Shown in pieces: positions 39,692 to 50,772 of a DNA stretch of 57,282 bases. Positions within the stretch are counted from its first letter, which is position 1, and each line of letters begins with the position of its first letter. The stretch spans positions 189,683 to 246,964 of the forward strand of contig JBNZDD010013516.1 in assembly GCA_050575255.1 (NCBI GenBank), in the 5' to 3' direction. Made by a program: the position numbers and the translations under genes. The DNA comes from Harriotta raleighana. Taxonomy: Eukaryota. Below the pieces are notes generated by a model. The model searched no databases, was not told where the DNA came from, and saw nothing but the letters and a program-made list of their open reading frames with translations.

Positions 39692-41079
39692 TTATCATTA
39701 GAACAAGTACGACTGGAATGTCATGCCCTGATTTGCAATGGGAGATTGTGAAATACACGGTCAACTGTGGGGACAGGTTCACAGGTATCTTCTGTGGAAG
39801 GAAGAGCAATAATGATGTCACATAAATTACCTTTCCCACATAGGGCGAAAAGAACAAGCCATCATAGACAGCGTGCACAATTGATTTGGGGGATATTTTC
39901 ACAGGTTTTATATAAACTACCATTTCATAGCTTCTCCCTGGCTTTTCCCAGCTGCCATATCCTCTCATTTCACCATCTAAAACTCTTGTACGGGTAAAAA
40001 AAATATATATATATATATTGTAAAATAAATAAATATATATATATATATAGAAAGAGAAAATTATTTATATATGTAATAGAAATATATAGTCCTTGTACAG
40101 ATAAGACATAAAACTGAATCAGGGATGAAGCCTGATAGGGATTCTGCTGCTCTGACCTGCATTGTGCTCTCCGAGACAGTATTAGGCTGTGTTTTGAGTT
40201 TTGTTTTTGTGTTGGGAGGATTTGGATCGCCAGAGCGCACTGCAGTTAAACTTTCCTGAATCATCTTCAATACAAACAAAGAATTTCCTCAGCCTGCAGA
40301 CTTTGCTGCTCTCTGCTGTTAATTGCCATTTACTGCAGGTTAGTGCCCGAAGGGGGCCAAGAGTTCCCCCCCCCGCCTCAGCTATTCTCAGATTATGACT
40401 TTAGCAATGGCTTTATATATTTGCACAGTGTTTTTTTTTTTGCCTGGCCCGCCAATCGCAGCCTGAATTGCTCGAGAAAGACATTTAAAGGGCAGCTTTG
40501 TGCATCCATCCATTGTAAAGGAGCTGCCACTCTGGCTGCTGTTCCTGTTTGCAGACAGCAAACTCAGCAAGGTAGTAACTTGCACTGATTTGTTCATAAC
40601 CATATCAACAAAACTCCAGTCAGAGTGGAAATAATGGATGCTGGGAGGTGAATCCTCAAATAGACCTGGAATTATCTTCTACTAATTCATAAGTGGTGGA
40701 ACAAGAATTATTATGGAGGGGTTTCAAAAAGGATCAAAAACATGTTTCTGCCAATTATACAGGATTTAAATTTGGAGGCTCTGTGCTGTAGATATACTGA
40801 AGGAACCTTGAGGGAAATTAAATGGATAGGTTTGATTTGATGGACCAGTGAACTACTGGTGCTTAAAATTACTGCTACCGTCGGTGTTTTTGCACTGTAT
40901 TAACAGGTGACCGGGATTAACTGCATGAAATGACTAAGAATAATTTGCAGGCAGTATCCCAAGGAATCACTTTTAACTTGAAGGGAAAGGCCAGGTTTTT
41001 CGAAAGATGAACACAACTTGGCTGAGAAGCTTTTGCTCCAGAACAAAAATAAAGCAGGCTGAATGGGCAGAAGCATCGC

Positions 41080-41419
41080 GGAGTTCCTGTAGCTCAGTGG
41101 TTAGAGCACTCGCCTTACGAGTGTGAGACCTGTGTTCGAATCCAGGCAGATCAGGACGACACCGTGGGCAAGTTTCCTTACTCCACACACACACACACAC
41201 ACACACACGCCTAATAATAATCCCTCAAAGAAAAACCAATAATAAAAATTGGTCTTTTCAATCTATTACTGTTTGTGAGGGACGCTGCTGTGCATAATTG
41301 GCTTCTGCGTTTCACCCACAAATAATAGTCAATTCACTTTACAGTATATATTCTGTGAAGCCCTTTGAGAAGACTATAAGATGTGAAAAGCGCTATATCA
41401 AATGCAAGGATTATTATTA
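41080..41419 (+). mobile_element. Full-length tRNA-derived SINE
   Basis: Intact A box tagctcagtgg and B box gttcgaatcc. Confidence 0.93.
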
Positions 41420-42018
41420 ATATGCAATGTGCCTCAAGTATTGTTATTGTTAAATCATTATGATGTCTATGGCTAACGTGGAATCTCAAAATGAATCTCT
41501 TCCACGAACCCTGTTATTTGACTGTTATTTTGTTGTTTTCAGTTAAAATCTGGAGTGGAGCGTTGTCAGTGTTGTCGGCGACAGACAGCGAGTCTTCAAT
41601 TACCTACAATGTATTGTCAACATATTTTGGGGTTATTTTAATAAAAGAATGATCTGACTGGATTTTTTTTAACCCATAAAAAATCTTGATTGCAAAATCA
41701 TTCTTAATCACAAAAAGTGAGGGTCGAATAGATGCACAGCTGATTACCCCAGTCAGTCCCATTTCCAAAACAAATAATAACAATAACGACTGTCTATAGG
41801 AATAATTTGCTGAGCCTATTAGTATCCCTGAATCTATTTGTACAGTGGTTTAAAGCGTGTCCAGCTATCAGCCCTGTCTTCTTTCCCTGTCTAGCGTTGG
41901 TATTAATATTCTCGCACCGGGAAACATGTCACATCACAATGAGAACCTGACGGGTGGGCTCGGCCTTGTGTGAGAGCCTGTTGGCTTGACAGCCCTCTCT
42001 CCCTCTTGTATTCCGCAG

Positions 42019-42175
42019 GGAGCCCAGAAAGGTGGTGTTAAATCGAGGATCCACGGGCCTGGGCTTCAACATTGTGGGCGGTGAAGATGGAGAGGGGATC
42101 TTCATTTCGTTCATTCTCGCTGGTGGCCCGGCCGATCTGAGCGGAGAATTAAGGAAAGGGGATCGGATTATTTCG
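42019..42175 (+). CDS. DLG1: DLG1 PDZ3 first half (157 nt): (R)[52 protein letters not shown]
   Basis: Acceptor ccgcAG, donor TCG/gtaaag; phase 2-0; canonical DLG PDZ3. Confidence 0.97.
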
Positions 42176-42447
42176 GTAAAGATTCTCTACTTTGAATCCG
42201 CCATTACTCATTTGTGTTTACATGTGGGTTTTTGTTTGGGGGGGGGGATTGGTAGCGGGGGGGAGCTGGGAGAGTGTGTCCTCCATTTTAAATGTCTGCG
42301 CCCTATGCAAGCTTCCACTCTCTTCCAATAGCTACGACTTTTGAATCACAAAGCTGCCACTGTCTTCAGTGATGGTATCGTTTAAACTGAGTTTAATTAC
42401 ACCACTGAATTCCCATACAAATATTACATTGCTCCTTGTATTGTATT

Positions 42448-42776
42448 GCTCCTGTAGCTCAGTGGTTAGAGCACTCGCCTTACAAGCGTGAAACCTGTGT
42501 TTGAATCCAGGTAGATCAGGGCGAAATCTTGGGCAAGTTTCCTTACTCCACACACATACACACACACACGCCTAATAATCCCTCCCAAAAAAACACACAC
42601 AATAATAAAAATTGGTCATTTCAATCCACGACTGTTCGTTGGAAACTGCTGTGCGCAATTGGCTGCTGCATTTCGCTCTCCCACAAATATACAGTCAATT
42701 CACTTTACAGTATATTCTGTGAAGCGCTTTGAGACAACGATAAAATGTGAAAAGCCGCTATATCAAATGCAAGGAT
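42448..42776 (+). mobile_element. Full-length tRNA-derived SINE
   Basis: Consensus head to tail. Confidence 0.92.
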
Positions 42777-42855
42777 GGATTATCATTCTCTCATCTCAAA
42801 CCTCATGATTTAGTTTTCCTTCTATATTTCTCCTATCAATTTCCTCTCTCCCCTC

Positions 42856-42856
<1 letters not shown>

Positions 42857-42930
<74 letters not shown>
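42857..42930. repeat. Poly-C homopolymer, about 74 nt, ending at an N
   Basis: Directly visible; length unreliable. Confidence 0.9.
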
Positions 42931-43539
42931 NCCTGCTGTCTGGTTCCTCACACTCCTCCAGGATCTCACCCAGTGATGATTATTAATTACTATGTAAGCC
43001 TCTACAGTGAGTGTCGGCAGGCGAGCTTGCTGAAATCTTTGCCATCAATAGAGGAGAGAGCTGATTAATCTGCACTAATTGGGACCAGCAGCCAATTATG
43101 GATAAGCAAACAGTGCATATAATTGGACAAATACCCCCAAATGCGAATTGGTTAGAACGCAAACAAAATTATTCCGTCAGGAGGAACTGCCAGCAAAATA
43201 CCGCATTCCGCGATTCCTCTCTCGACTCTTGTCTTACTCTGCCCCGTTCTCTAAACCCCCGCCCCCCCCCCCCTCTAACTTTCTCTCTGTTGTATTCTGA
43301 CTCGTCCTTTCTATATATTACACAAAATCTTCTTAACAGTCACCTTCATGCTGTGAAAAAAGGCCAGTTACGTACAAGGTTTCTCAATCTTGTGAATTGT
43401 TTGTGCTGCACAGATTTATTGTGTCCCAATATCAGGTGTGTTGCTTCTCCTCTACTCCCCCACCCCCCCGCCATCTCCTCTCCACCCTGTGCACCTGCCA
43501 TTTTGGAAGCACCAACAATCTTCCTCCATTAAAAGGGAG

Positions 43540-43808
43540 CCTTGGGCAAGTTTCCTTACTCCCCACACAGACACATATACACCTAATAACAATCCCTCCA
43601 AAAAAAAACAAGAATAAAAGTGGTCATTTCCATCCACGGCTGTGTGTGGGGGGGGGACGTTTCTGTGCGCAATTGGCTGCCACGTTTTGCCCACAAATAT
43701 ATACAGTCAATTCACTTTCCAGTATATTCTGCGAAGCGCTTTCAGACACCGTCTGGAAGACGTGAAAAAATGCTCTGACAAATTTAAGGATTATTATTAT
43801 TATTATTA
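43540..43808 (+). mobile_element. 5'-truncated SINE
   Basis: ccttgggcaagtttccttactcc...tail. Confidence 0.88.
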
Positions 43809-44955
43809 AAGGATGCAAAGGTGGGACTTAATTGTGACCAGTGGATTTTGAAGTTCCCTTTCTATTATCTCAGTTTGTTTGTTTTTCTTTTGACTGTTGC
43901 TGAGTAGCTCCCCATCCCCGTCTCTCTCGCTNAGTGCTCTGACAAATTTAAGGATTATTATTATTATTAAAGGATGCAAAGGTGGGACTTAATTGTGACT
44001 AGTGGATTTTGAAGTTCCCTTTCTATTATCTCAGTTTTTTTTTTTTTCTTTTGACTGTTGCTGAGTAGCTCCCCATCCCCGTCTCTCTCGCTTCCATTCC
44101 AAAATCACACTTTCTCCACCTCCCTCGGAGAATTTTTGTTGACCTAAATCTGCAGCTCTCCTTGTGGAGCATCAAATGGGAAACTGGTGCCTTCCAGCAC
44201 AGATAGTCTAATGTGTCTTGTACTCATTCGATCGTCAGCAAGACTGAGTAAACAGTGTGCTTTTGTATGTGAAACAGTCTGTCCCCCAGTGCACACATGA
44301 TCAGTCGGGTTCTTTTTATTTGTGTTGGAGATGGAGGCAGCCAAGNTTCCATTCCAAAATCACACTTTCTCCACCTCCCTCGGAGAATTTTTGTTGACCT
44401 AAATCTGCAGCTCTCCTTGTGGAGCATCAAATGGGAAACTGGTGCCTTCCAGCACAGATAGTCTAATGTGTCTTGTACTCATTCGATCGTCAGCAAGACT
44501 GAGTAAACAGTGTGCTTTTGTATGTGAAACAGTCTGTCCCCCAGTGCACACATGATCAGTCGGGTTCTTTTTATTTGTGTTGGAGATGGAGGCAGCCAAG
44601 TTAGGTCTTAGCTGGATTTCTGAGTATATATTTTGAAGACAAGATGCTCCTGCAGTGATGGAAGGTATAACAGTTGGAGCACTTGCCTTACAAACGTGAG
44701 ACCTGTGTTCGAANCAACTGGTGCCTTCAAGCACAGATAGTCTAATGTGTCTTGTACTCATTCGATCGTCAGCAAGTCTGAGTAAACAATGTGCTTTTGT
44801 ATGTGAAACAGTCTGTCCCCCAGTGCACACATGATCAGTCGGGTTCTTTTTATTTGTGTTGGAGATGGAGGCAGCCAAGTTAGGTCTTAGCTGGATTTCT
44901 GAGTATATATTTTGAAGACAAGATGCTCCTGCAGTGATGGAAGGTATAACAGTTG

Positions 44956-45213
44956 GAGCACTTGCCTTACAAACGTGAGACCTGTGTTCGAATCCAAGCA
45001 GGTCAGAGCGAAACCTTGGGCAAGTTTCCTTACTCCACACACACACATGTACACATACACACACACACGTATACACACACGCGCGCCTAATAATAATCCC
45101 TCCCCAAAAAACACAATAATAAAATTGGTCATTTCAATTTTTGAAAATTTCTTTGAGACACGGTCTAGAAGACGTGAAAAGCCGTTATATCAAATGCAAG
45201 GATTATTATTATT
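44956..45213 (+). mobile_element. SINE with the central core deleted
   Basis: Head and tail present; core replaced by tttgaaaatttc. Confidence 0.85.
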
Positions 45214-45476
45214 ACAAATGAAGGCTTCAGGAAAGCTTTCCCAAAGCCTTNACGTATACACACACGCGCGCCTAATAATAATCCCTCCCAAAAAAACGCA
45301 ATAATAAAATTGGTCATTTCAATTTTTGAAAATTTCTTTGAGACACGGTCTAGAAGACGTGAAAAGCCGTTATATCAAATGCAAGGATTATTATTATTAC
45401 AAATGAAGGCTTCAGGAAAGCTTTCCCAAAGCCTTCAGCCCCAGTATCTTACCGTCTCCCCAACTCTTCGCTGCAG

Positions 45477-45579
45477 GTGAATGGTATTGACTTGCGGGGA
45501 GCCACCCACGAGCAGGCTGCAGCGGCCCTCAAGAATGCTGGCCAGGCCGTGACCATCGCTGCCCAGTACAGACCAGAAG
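45477..45579 (+). CDS. DLG1: DLG1 PDZ3 second half (103 nt): [34 protein letters not shown](E)
   Basis: Acceptor ctgcAG, donor AAG/gtgagc; phase 0-1. Confidence 0.97.
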
Positions 45580-46521
45580 GTGAGCGCAAAGCAATTCAAA
45601 GCATTTTTATTCTGTTTTTGCTATTCTGTTCCCCCACCCGCCCCTCCCCGTCTGTACTGAGCAATTGGGGAGTAACTGTTTGCATTCAATCGCGGTGTTA
45701 GTATAAAATAGTCGCGGAATTGTGTTGGTTTTAGGATCGAGCACAACTTGACCGGAAGGCCTGTGTGTAAAAGGATGTACATTTAAAGGAACTCGCATCT
45801 CTACAGATTGACTTCATTAATCTCAGTCGCCTCAGGAGCTCTGGTGTCCCCGTTCCATTGTGGGAACACTGTCCAGGGCAGTGCGTACCTCGGTCCCGTT
45901 ACGTATTTTGAAACCTCAACGGTTAAGCGACTGTGTTGAATGCCATTGGATTGTCTCTGTGCGTTTGTAGGTGTTTAGTTAAGTCGGAATGGGGGAGTCT
46001 TACTTACCTGGAGGAACACTTGTTTCCGAACGCTTGGCCACTCGTGGCGTGGCAGCTTTTAATGGGGTCAAACGGCAGCCTGCAGTGCTGTGATTGTGAC
46101 GATAATATTACCTATACTTTCAATCTGATCTTCTTTTAAAAAAAAATTATTGTTTCCTGATCGGTGTCATGCTTGTCTATGACCCATTAAAGCTACACGT
46201 TGCCATAATCTCTTTGCAGTAGAGAATCACTTTTGCGACATTTCAAGAACAAAATAGTAGATCGGTGGTGTTAATAAGCCTCCTCCTGCTGATAACTTAC
46301 TGATCCTTGTCTGAGAATTGCACATGAACATTGGTAGATGGAGGATTGCTGCTGTGTACAATTTTCGACGTACAAATAAGGATATTGTAATAAATTGCTT
46401 CTGTGGGGAAGATTGTTCAGCAGCCAATATGCAACACCAAATCCTGGACTGCAGCCTTCTGTTTTTTTCTCATCCGTTGGGCAAATCTGTCTCCCAAAAA
46501 ACAGATCCTAATTGTCACTCT

Positions 46522-46854
46522 GGAGCTCCTGTAGCTCAGTGGTTAGAGCACTCGTCTTACAAGCCCGAGACCTGTGTTCGATTTCAGCCAGGTCAGGGCG
46601 AAACCTCGGGCAACTTTCCTGACCCCACCACACATACACACACATAATAATAATCACTCCCCAAAAAAACACAATCATAAAAAAAATTGGTCATTTCAAT
46701 CCATGACTTTTTGTGGGGACGCTGCTGTGCGCAATTGGCTGCTGGGTTTCGCCTACAAAATATACATATGCCACAGTATATTCTGTGAATCGCTTTGAGA
46801 CGTCTAGAAGACGTGAAAAGTACTATATCAAATTCAAGGATTATTATTATTATT
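46522..46854 (+). mobile_element. Full-length tRNA-derived SINE
   Basis: Consensus head to tail. Confidence 0.92.
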
Positions 46855-47625
46855 TTTATATTCTCAATTTGGTTGCAAAAGCAGTTCACTCCCGACAAAT
46901 AGACCGTTTTTTTTTAACTACGAGGGACTAAATAGTCTTATTTTTAAAGGTGGGATGAGAAAAGCTGCATTTTTTCCAGTCTCAGTGTTTGCAGCTGAGT
47001 ATGGTGTGCATACTGTGGGCTGAGTTTGATTGTATTGTATTCTCCTTTGGTATGAACAATCTGCAGATAAACTAATAGTCGATTGAGAGGTGGGAGGAAC
47101 GGCAGAGTGTTGGAGGCTAAGCTCAACAGAACTGTTGTAATCGTCTTGCAATCCCTCTCCTCCAGCCCCCTGTCATGTGGCGAGCACTAAATAACACTCC
47201 GTAGATGAAGGAAGGTTAGCTTGCACAGTCGATTAAATTGTTCAATTAGATTTGGCATTTGGGTCTTGCACCAGCGTTAAGCCAGCTGCCCAGCGAGCAC
47301 AACGTTCACAACGTGGCATCTCCCAAGCCATCTGGTGAAACGCAACTCTCCACATCCTTGGAACAGTTACTTCTGTTTCACTGGCTGGCTGGCTGAGCAA
47401 GCCCAGCTTTTCAACTGGCCTGATTTTTTGCAATTTACCCCCAAAAATTTTTTTTGAATTGGTTAATAATAATAATGTTAATGCTTGCATTTAATATAGC
47501 ATTTTCCACGTCTTCCAGATGTCTCAACATCTCAACACGTCTCAACACTTTTTTTTTGTTATAAGCGAATGTTATCTCCTAGAACTGTACGCGGAGTGTG
47601 TCCATCTGGCTTTTAGAGTTGTATA

Positions 47626-47876
47626 TAATAGTAATAATAATCCTTGCGGTTGATATAGCGGCTTTTCACGTCTTCTAGACTGTGTCTGAAAGCGCTTCAC
47701 AGAATATACTGTAAAGTGAATTGACTATATATTTGTGGGCGAAACGCACCAGCCAATTGCGCACAGCAGCGTCCCCCACACAAACAGTCGTGGATTGAAA
47801 TGATCAATTCATTAGAGGTTTTTTTTGGAGGATTATTATTAGGTGTGTGTGTGGAGTAAGGAAACTTGCCCAAGGT
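47626..47876 (-). mobile_element. 5'-truncated SINE, with an extra tail fragment at about 47464-47526
   Basis: Reverse complement of the consensus. Confidence 0.88.
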
Positions 47877-48423
47877 GTTGTCTGTCCCCAAACTTAAACA
47901 TTTACTACTATTTCATTTAATAATTAAAATATATTTGATCTTAGCATACTTTCACCTGTAATAAAACATGTAACAATGCATGAAGCCACGGTGGTTCAGA
48001 TAGAGTTCCACCTGTTATTGATGTATTGTTCGCTGAAAATTTGCACATGTGAAATACCCAGACCACACGCTCTTAACGTTTGTTTGCAAGTTTCTCCCCT
48101 GCAAAAAACCCCCAAGTTAGATAGAACTTGTATAGGTTTGTGCAATCATTTCTGAATAAGCTTTGTTTCAGTCAACAGTAAGTCTATAGTCTTCTGAACT
48201 TGGGAATGTCTCAACCTTTATAAAATGGGCATATTTTACCCCCTATTCTTCATATTGCGTTCTTCCCTCCGCAGCATTCCCATCCTGACCCTGATCCACA
48301 ATGGCAGCTGAGGATGAGACCACCTCTGTTCTCTCTCTTTTTATATAAAAAAAAGTTTTAATGTATTGGTGCCAACTTGAGGTTCCTAGTTTGATCGAGG
48401 CCAACTTGCCCTGTGGAGTACGG

Positions 48424-48513
48424 CTGTTTTGTGTAAAGAATTACAGTAAAACCCTGTTTTGTGTAAAGAATTACAGTAAAACCCTGTTTTGTGTAAAGAA
48501 TTACAATAAAACC
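48424..48513. repeat. 30-bp tandem repeat x3 (ctgttttgtgtaaagaattacagtaaaacc)
   Basis: Directly visible; the third copy has one mismatch. Confidence 0.95.
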
Positions 48514-48902
48514 CACGGGACCTGGCAGTTAAAACAGTTTTCCGTCTGAAATTTTTTTAAAATTTAAAATTATGTTAATGCATACCATATTACTAATAGA
48601 CAAAATAATAACTGAATATTGTATTAATACTTTATTTATACTTAACTTCACAATGGCAGCCCTCACCTGATGGAAATTTTAAAAAAGCGACGTTTAAAAG
48701 GAGCAGGAGCGAGTTTAGACTCGCTTTGCGGCCAGCCAAAATACCTGCACCAGTACTCGCCTGCGACAATCGATTCATTAAATGCGACATCACTATTCTG
48801 CCGGATAACTTCCGGTGTATCGAATCTGGGTGTTTTTTTTTTGAGGTTCTGGTTGAACGGGATTTCCGGTTCATCGGGTCACGGATAAACGGGGTTTTAC
48901 TG
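48444..48902. mobile_element. Non-autonomous Tc1/mariner (pogo/Tigger-like) MITE
   Basis: TA-CAGTAAAACCCTGTTT at the left end and AAACGGGGTTTTACTG-TA at the right end: 15/16 inverted match with TA flanks; no transposase ORF. Confidence 0.75.
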
Positions 48903-49566
48903 TATAATGTTCAACACGATCGCGGATAATTCTTTTTTACATTGGGAACCCATAATAAGTGTGCGATAGATTTGTAATCTGAGCTGTGAAAAAACACCCA
49001 TTCCCGGTGATGAGCTCATTAAAATAAGAGATTAAGAGCATGACATTGTCGTATGATTCCATGTTAAATATAATGGTTTTCCAACAACTTATTGGTCTTG
49101 TTTCACAAAGATATCCGAGTAATAACATCGGCATACTTTGAAATTGCACATTATTCGAGCCTATAGTTTCCCTGTATTTATTTTCGCTGTCCATTCGGAT
49201 TACCTTTTCGATGCAGATCATAAAATTCAGCCGCGTGAGATTTGCAAATGGAAATGCGTGTCCAAGGTTTCATCTCATTGGAGACCACCAGCATTCCTTC
49301 ATTCTGATGCTTTCACACATTTTAAAATCCCTATTTATATCACCATACAAGATTGCATAGAAGCTAATTTTTGTCTTCATAATTTGTGCATTTTACGCAA
49401 TGATTCACATGGTTTGGACAACAGCATTAGTAGGTTTGATTAGTAGCCTGATTAGAATGCAGTGTGTGAAAAAAAGCTCCCTGTGAGATACAAAAAAAAA
49501 GCCTTGGAAAAATTCCACGTGCGATCCTCCTCGAACGGTTTCTTTCTTTGTGCATCTTATTCCCGA

Positions 49567-49670
49567 AGCTCAGTGGTTAGAGCGCTCGCCTTACAAGCGA
49601 GAGAGACTCGGGTGTGATTCCCGGCAGGTCAGAGCAAAACCTTGGGCAAGTCTCCTTACTCCACTCCACG
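49567..49670 (+). mobile_element. SINE tRNA head only, variant subfamily
   Basis: agctcagtggttagagcgctcgccttacaagcgag...ccttgggcaagtctccttactcc. Confidence 0.8.
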
Positions 49671-50454
49671 CGAAATCTTATCCCCTTCCCACTCCCACCT
49701 GCCTCGTGTCTCGCTCTCGAGTGCAATGAATGTTTGCAATAAACAAATTGCCAAATGACTTCTCTCTATCCAGTGTCACTTCAGGTTGAAGTTGATGCTG
49801 ATGGAATATTGTCTGGCGTTGGCAGCAGAGTCTAAAGTTGAAGTTTGCCCTTTTTGTCATTCAAAAAAAAAAACATTTCTGCTGTGAAGCTGCATTGCAG
49901 ACAAACGAGGCTTCATCCAGCGAGAGATCAGTGTCAGAGCAGAGTTCCAGAGAGAGGCTTGGACCTAAGTTACGCCCCATGAAATGTCAGGGTTTGGTGC
50001 TACATTAGGGGGTGTGTGGGAGGAAGTACTGCAATGTACTTGGGGGAGAAAATTATCTGGAAAGAAATCTGCATACTTGTTCTCTGTATACAAGTTACCT
50101 TGACAGACACTCTCCATAGCGCTAACTCTCTAGTTTTCAATATTTATTTTCCCTCCTTTTTCTCTTCTCCCCCACCCACCTTGCTGTCTTTATTTAGTAT
50201 TTTCCTGCTTTTTAAGGTACTGTACATTACAAACTGTGATGGTTAACGATCAGATGCTGCCATGTGCTGAGCCAAGGATTTGCATAAAGTGATTCGCATT
50301 AAAAGGGATTAAAGAATGGATTCAGGAGCATTTTTTTTTCAAATTAAAAAAAAACCCCAATTGCATATGAATGGATCGTGCACATATCCAAATTGCGTAT
50401 TACACTTCAATATTGTTAACTAGTTTCTGGAAAATAGACTGGATTAGAAATTTA

Positions 50455-50772
50455 ACCTTGCCTTCGCTCCACCGGCTCTGGCCTCCTCAGTGTCCCCCGA
50501 ATCCTCCTCTCCACCCTCGGCGGCCGTGCCTTCAGCCACTACACCCCGAGGCTCTGGAATTCCCTTCCTCACTCCCTCCGCTCTCGCCCCCTCTTTTTCC
50601 AGTTTCAGGCCCCAGCTAAAGACCTTTCTCTGCGACCGCGCCTTCGGTCACCATTCTACCCCTGGCTCGGGCCTGGGATCCGCTATCGTGAAGCGCTCTG
50701 AGACGCTGTCCGTCCGGCGTGGAGTGAGGGAGGGGGCTATATAAATCGAAGTGGTAGTTGTTGTTGTTGTCG
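50455..50772 (+). mobile_element. LINE2 3' end, second subfamily
   Basis: LWNSLPHSLR..FRPQLKTFL motifs and a (gtt)n terminus; homologous to 19345-19549. Confidence 0.85.

Noticed and set aside
39687-39968. 93-aa minus-strand ORF in unique sequence
   Set aside because: No recognisable domain or exon structure.
42747-42986. Poly-proline ORF, and a possible G-quadruplex/i-motif from the poly-C run
   Set aside because: Translation of a homopolymer abutting an N; length unreliable and no splice or coding support.
44399-45076. Longest ORF (225 aa, minus strand) with an internal repeat
   Set aside because: Made of an antisense SINE head plus sequence duplicated around N bases; an assembly artefact, not a gene.
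48424-48513. CRISPR-like 30-bp direct repeats
   Set aside because: No spacers, vertebrate intron, no cas genes; it is a tandem repeat at a MITE end.
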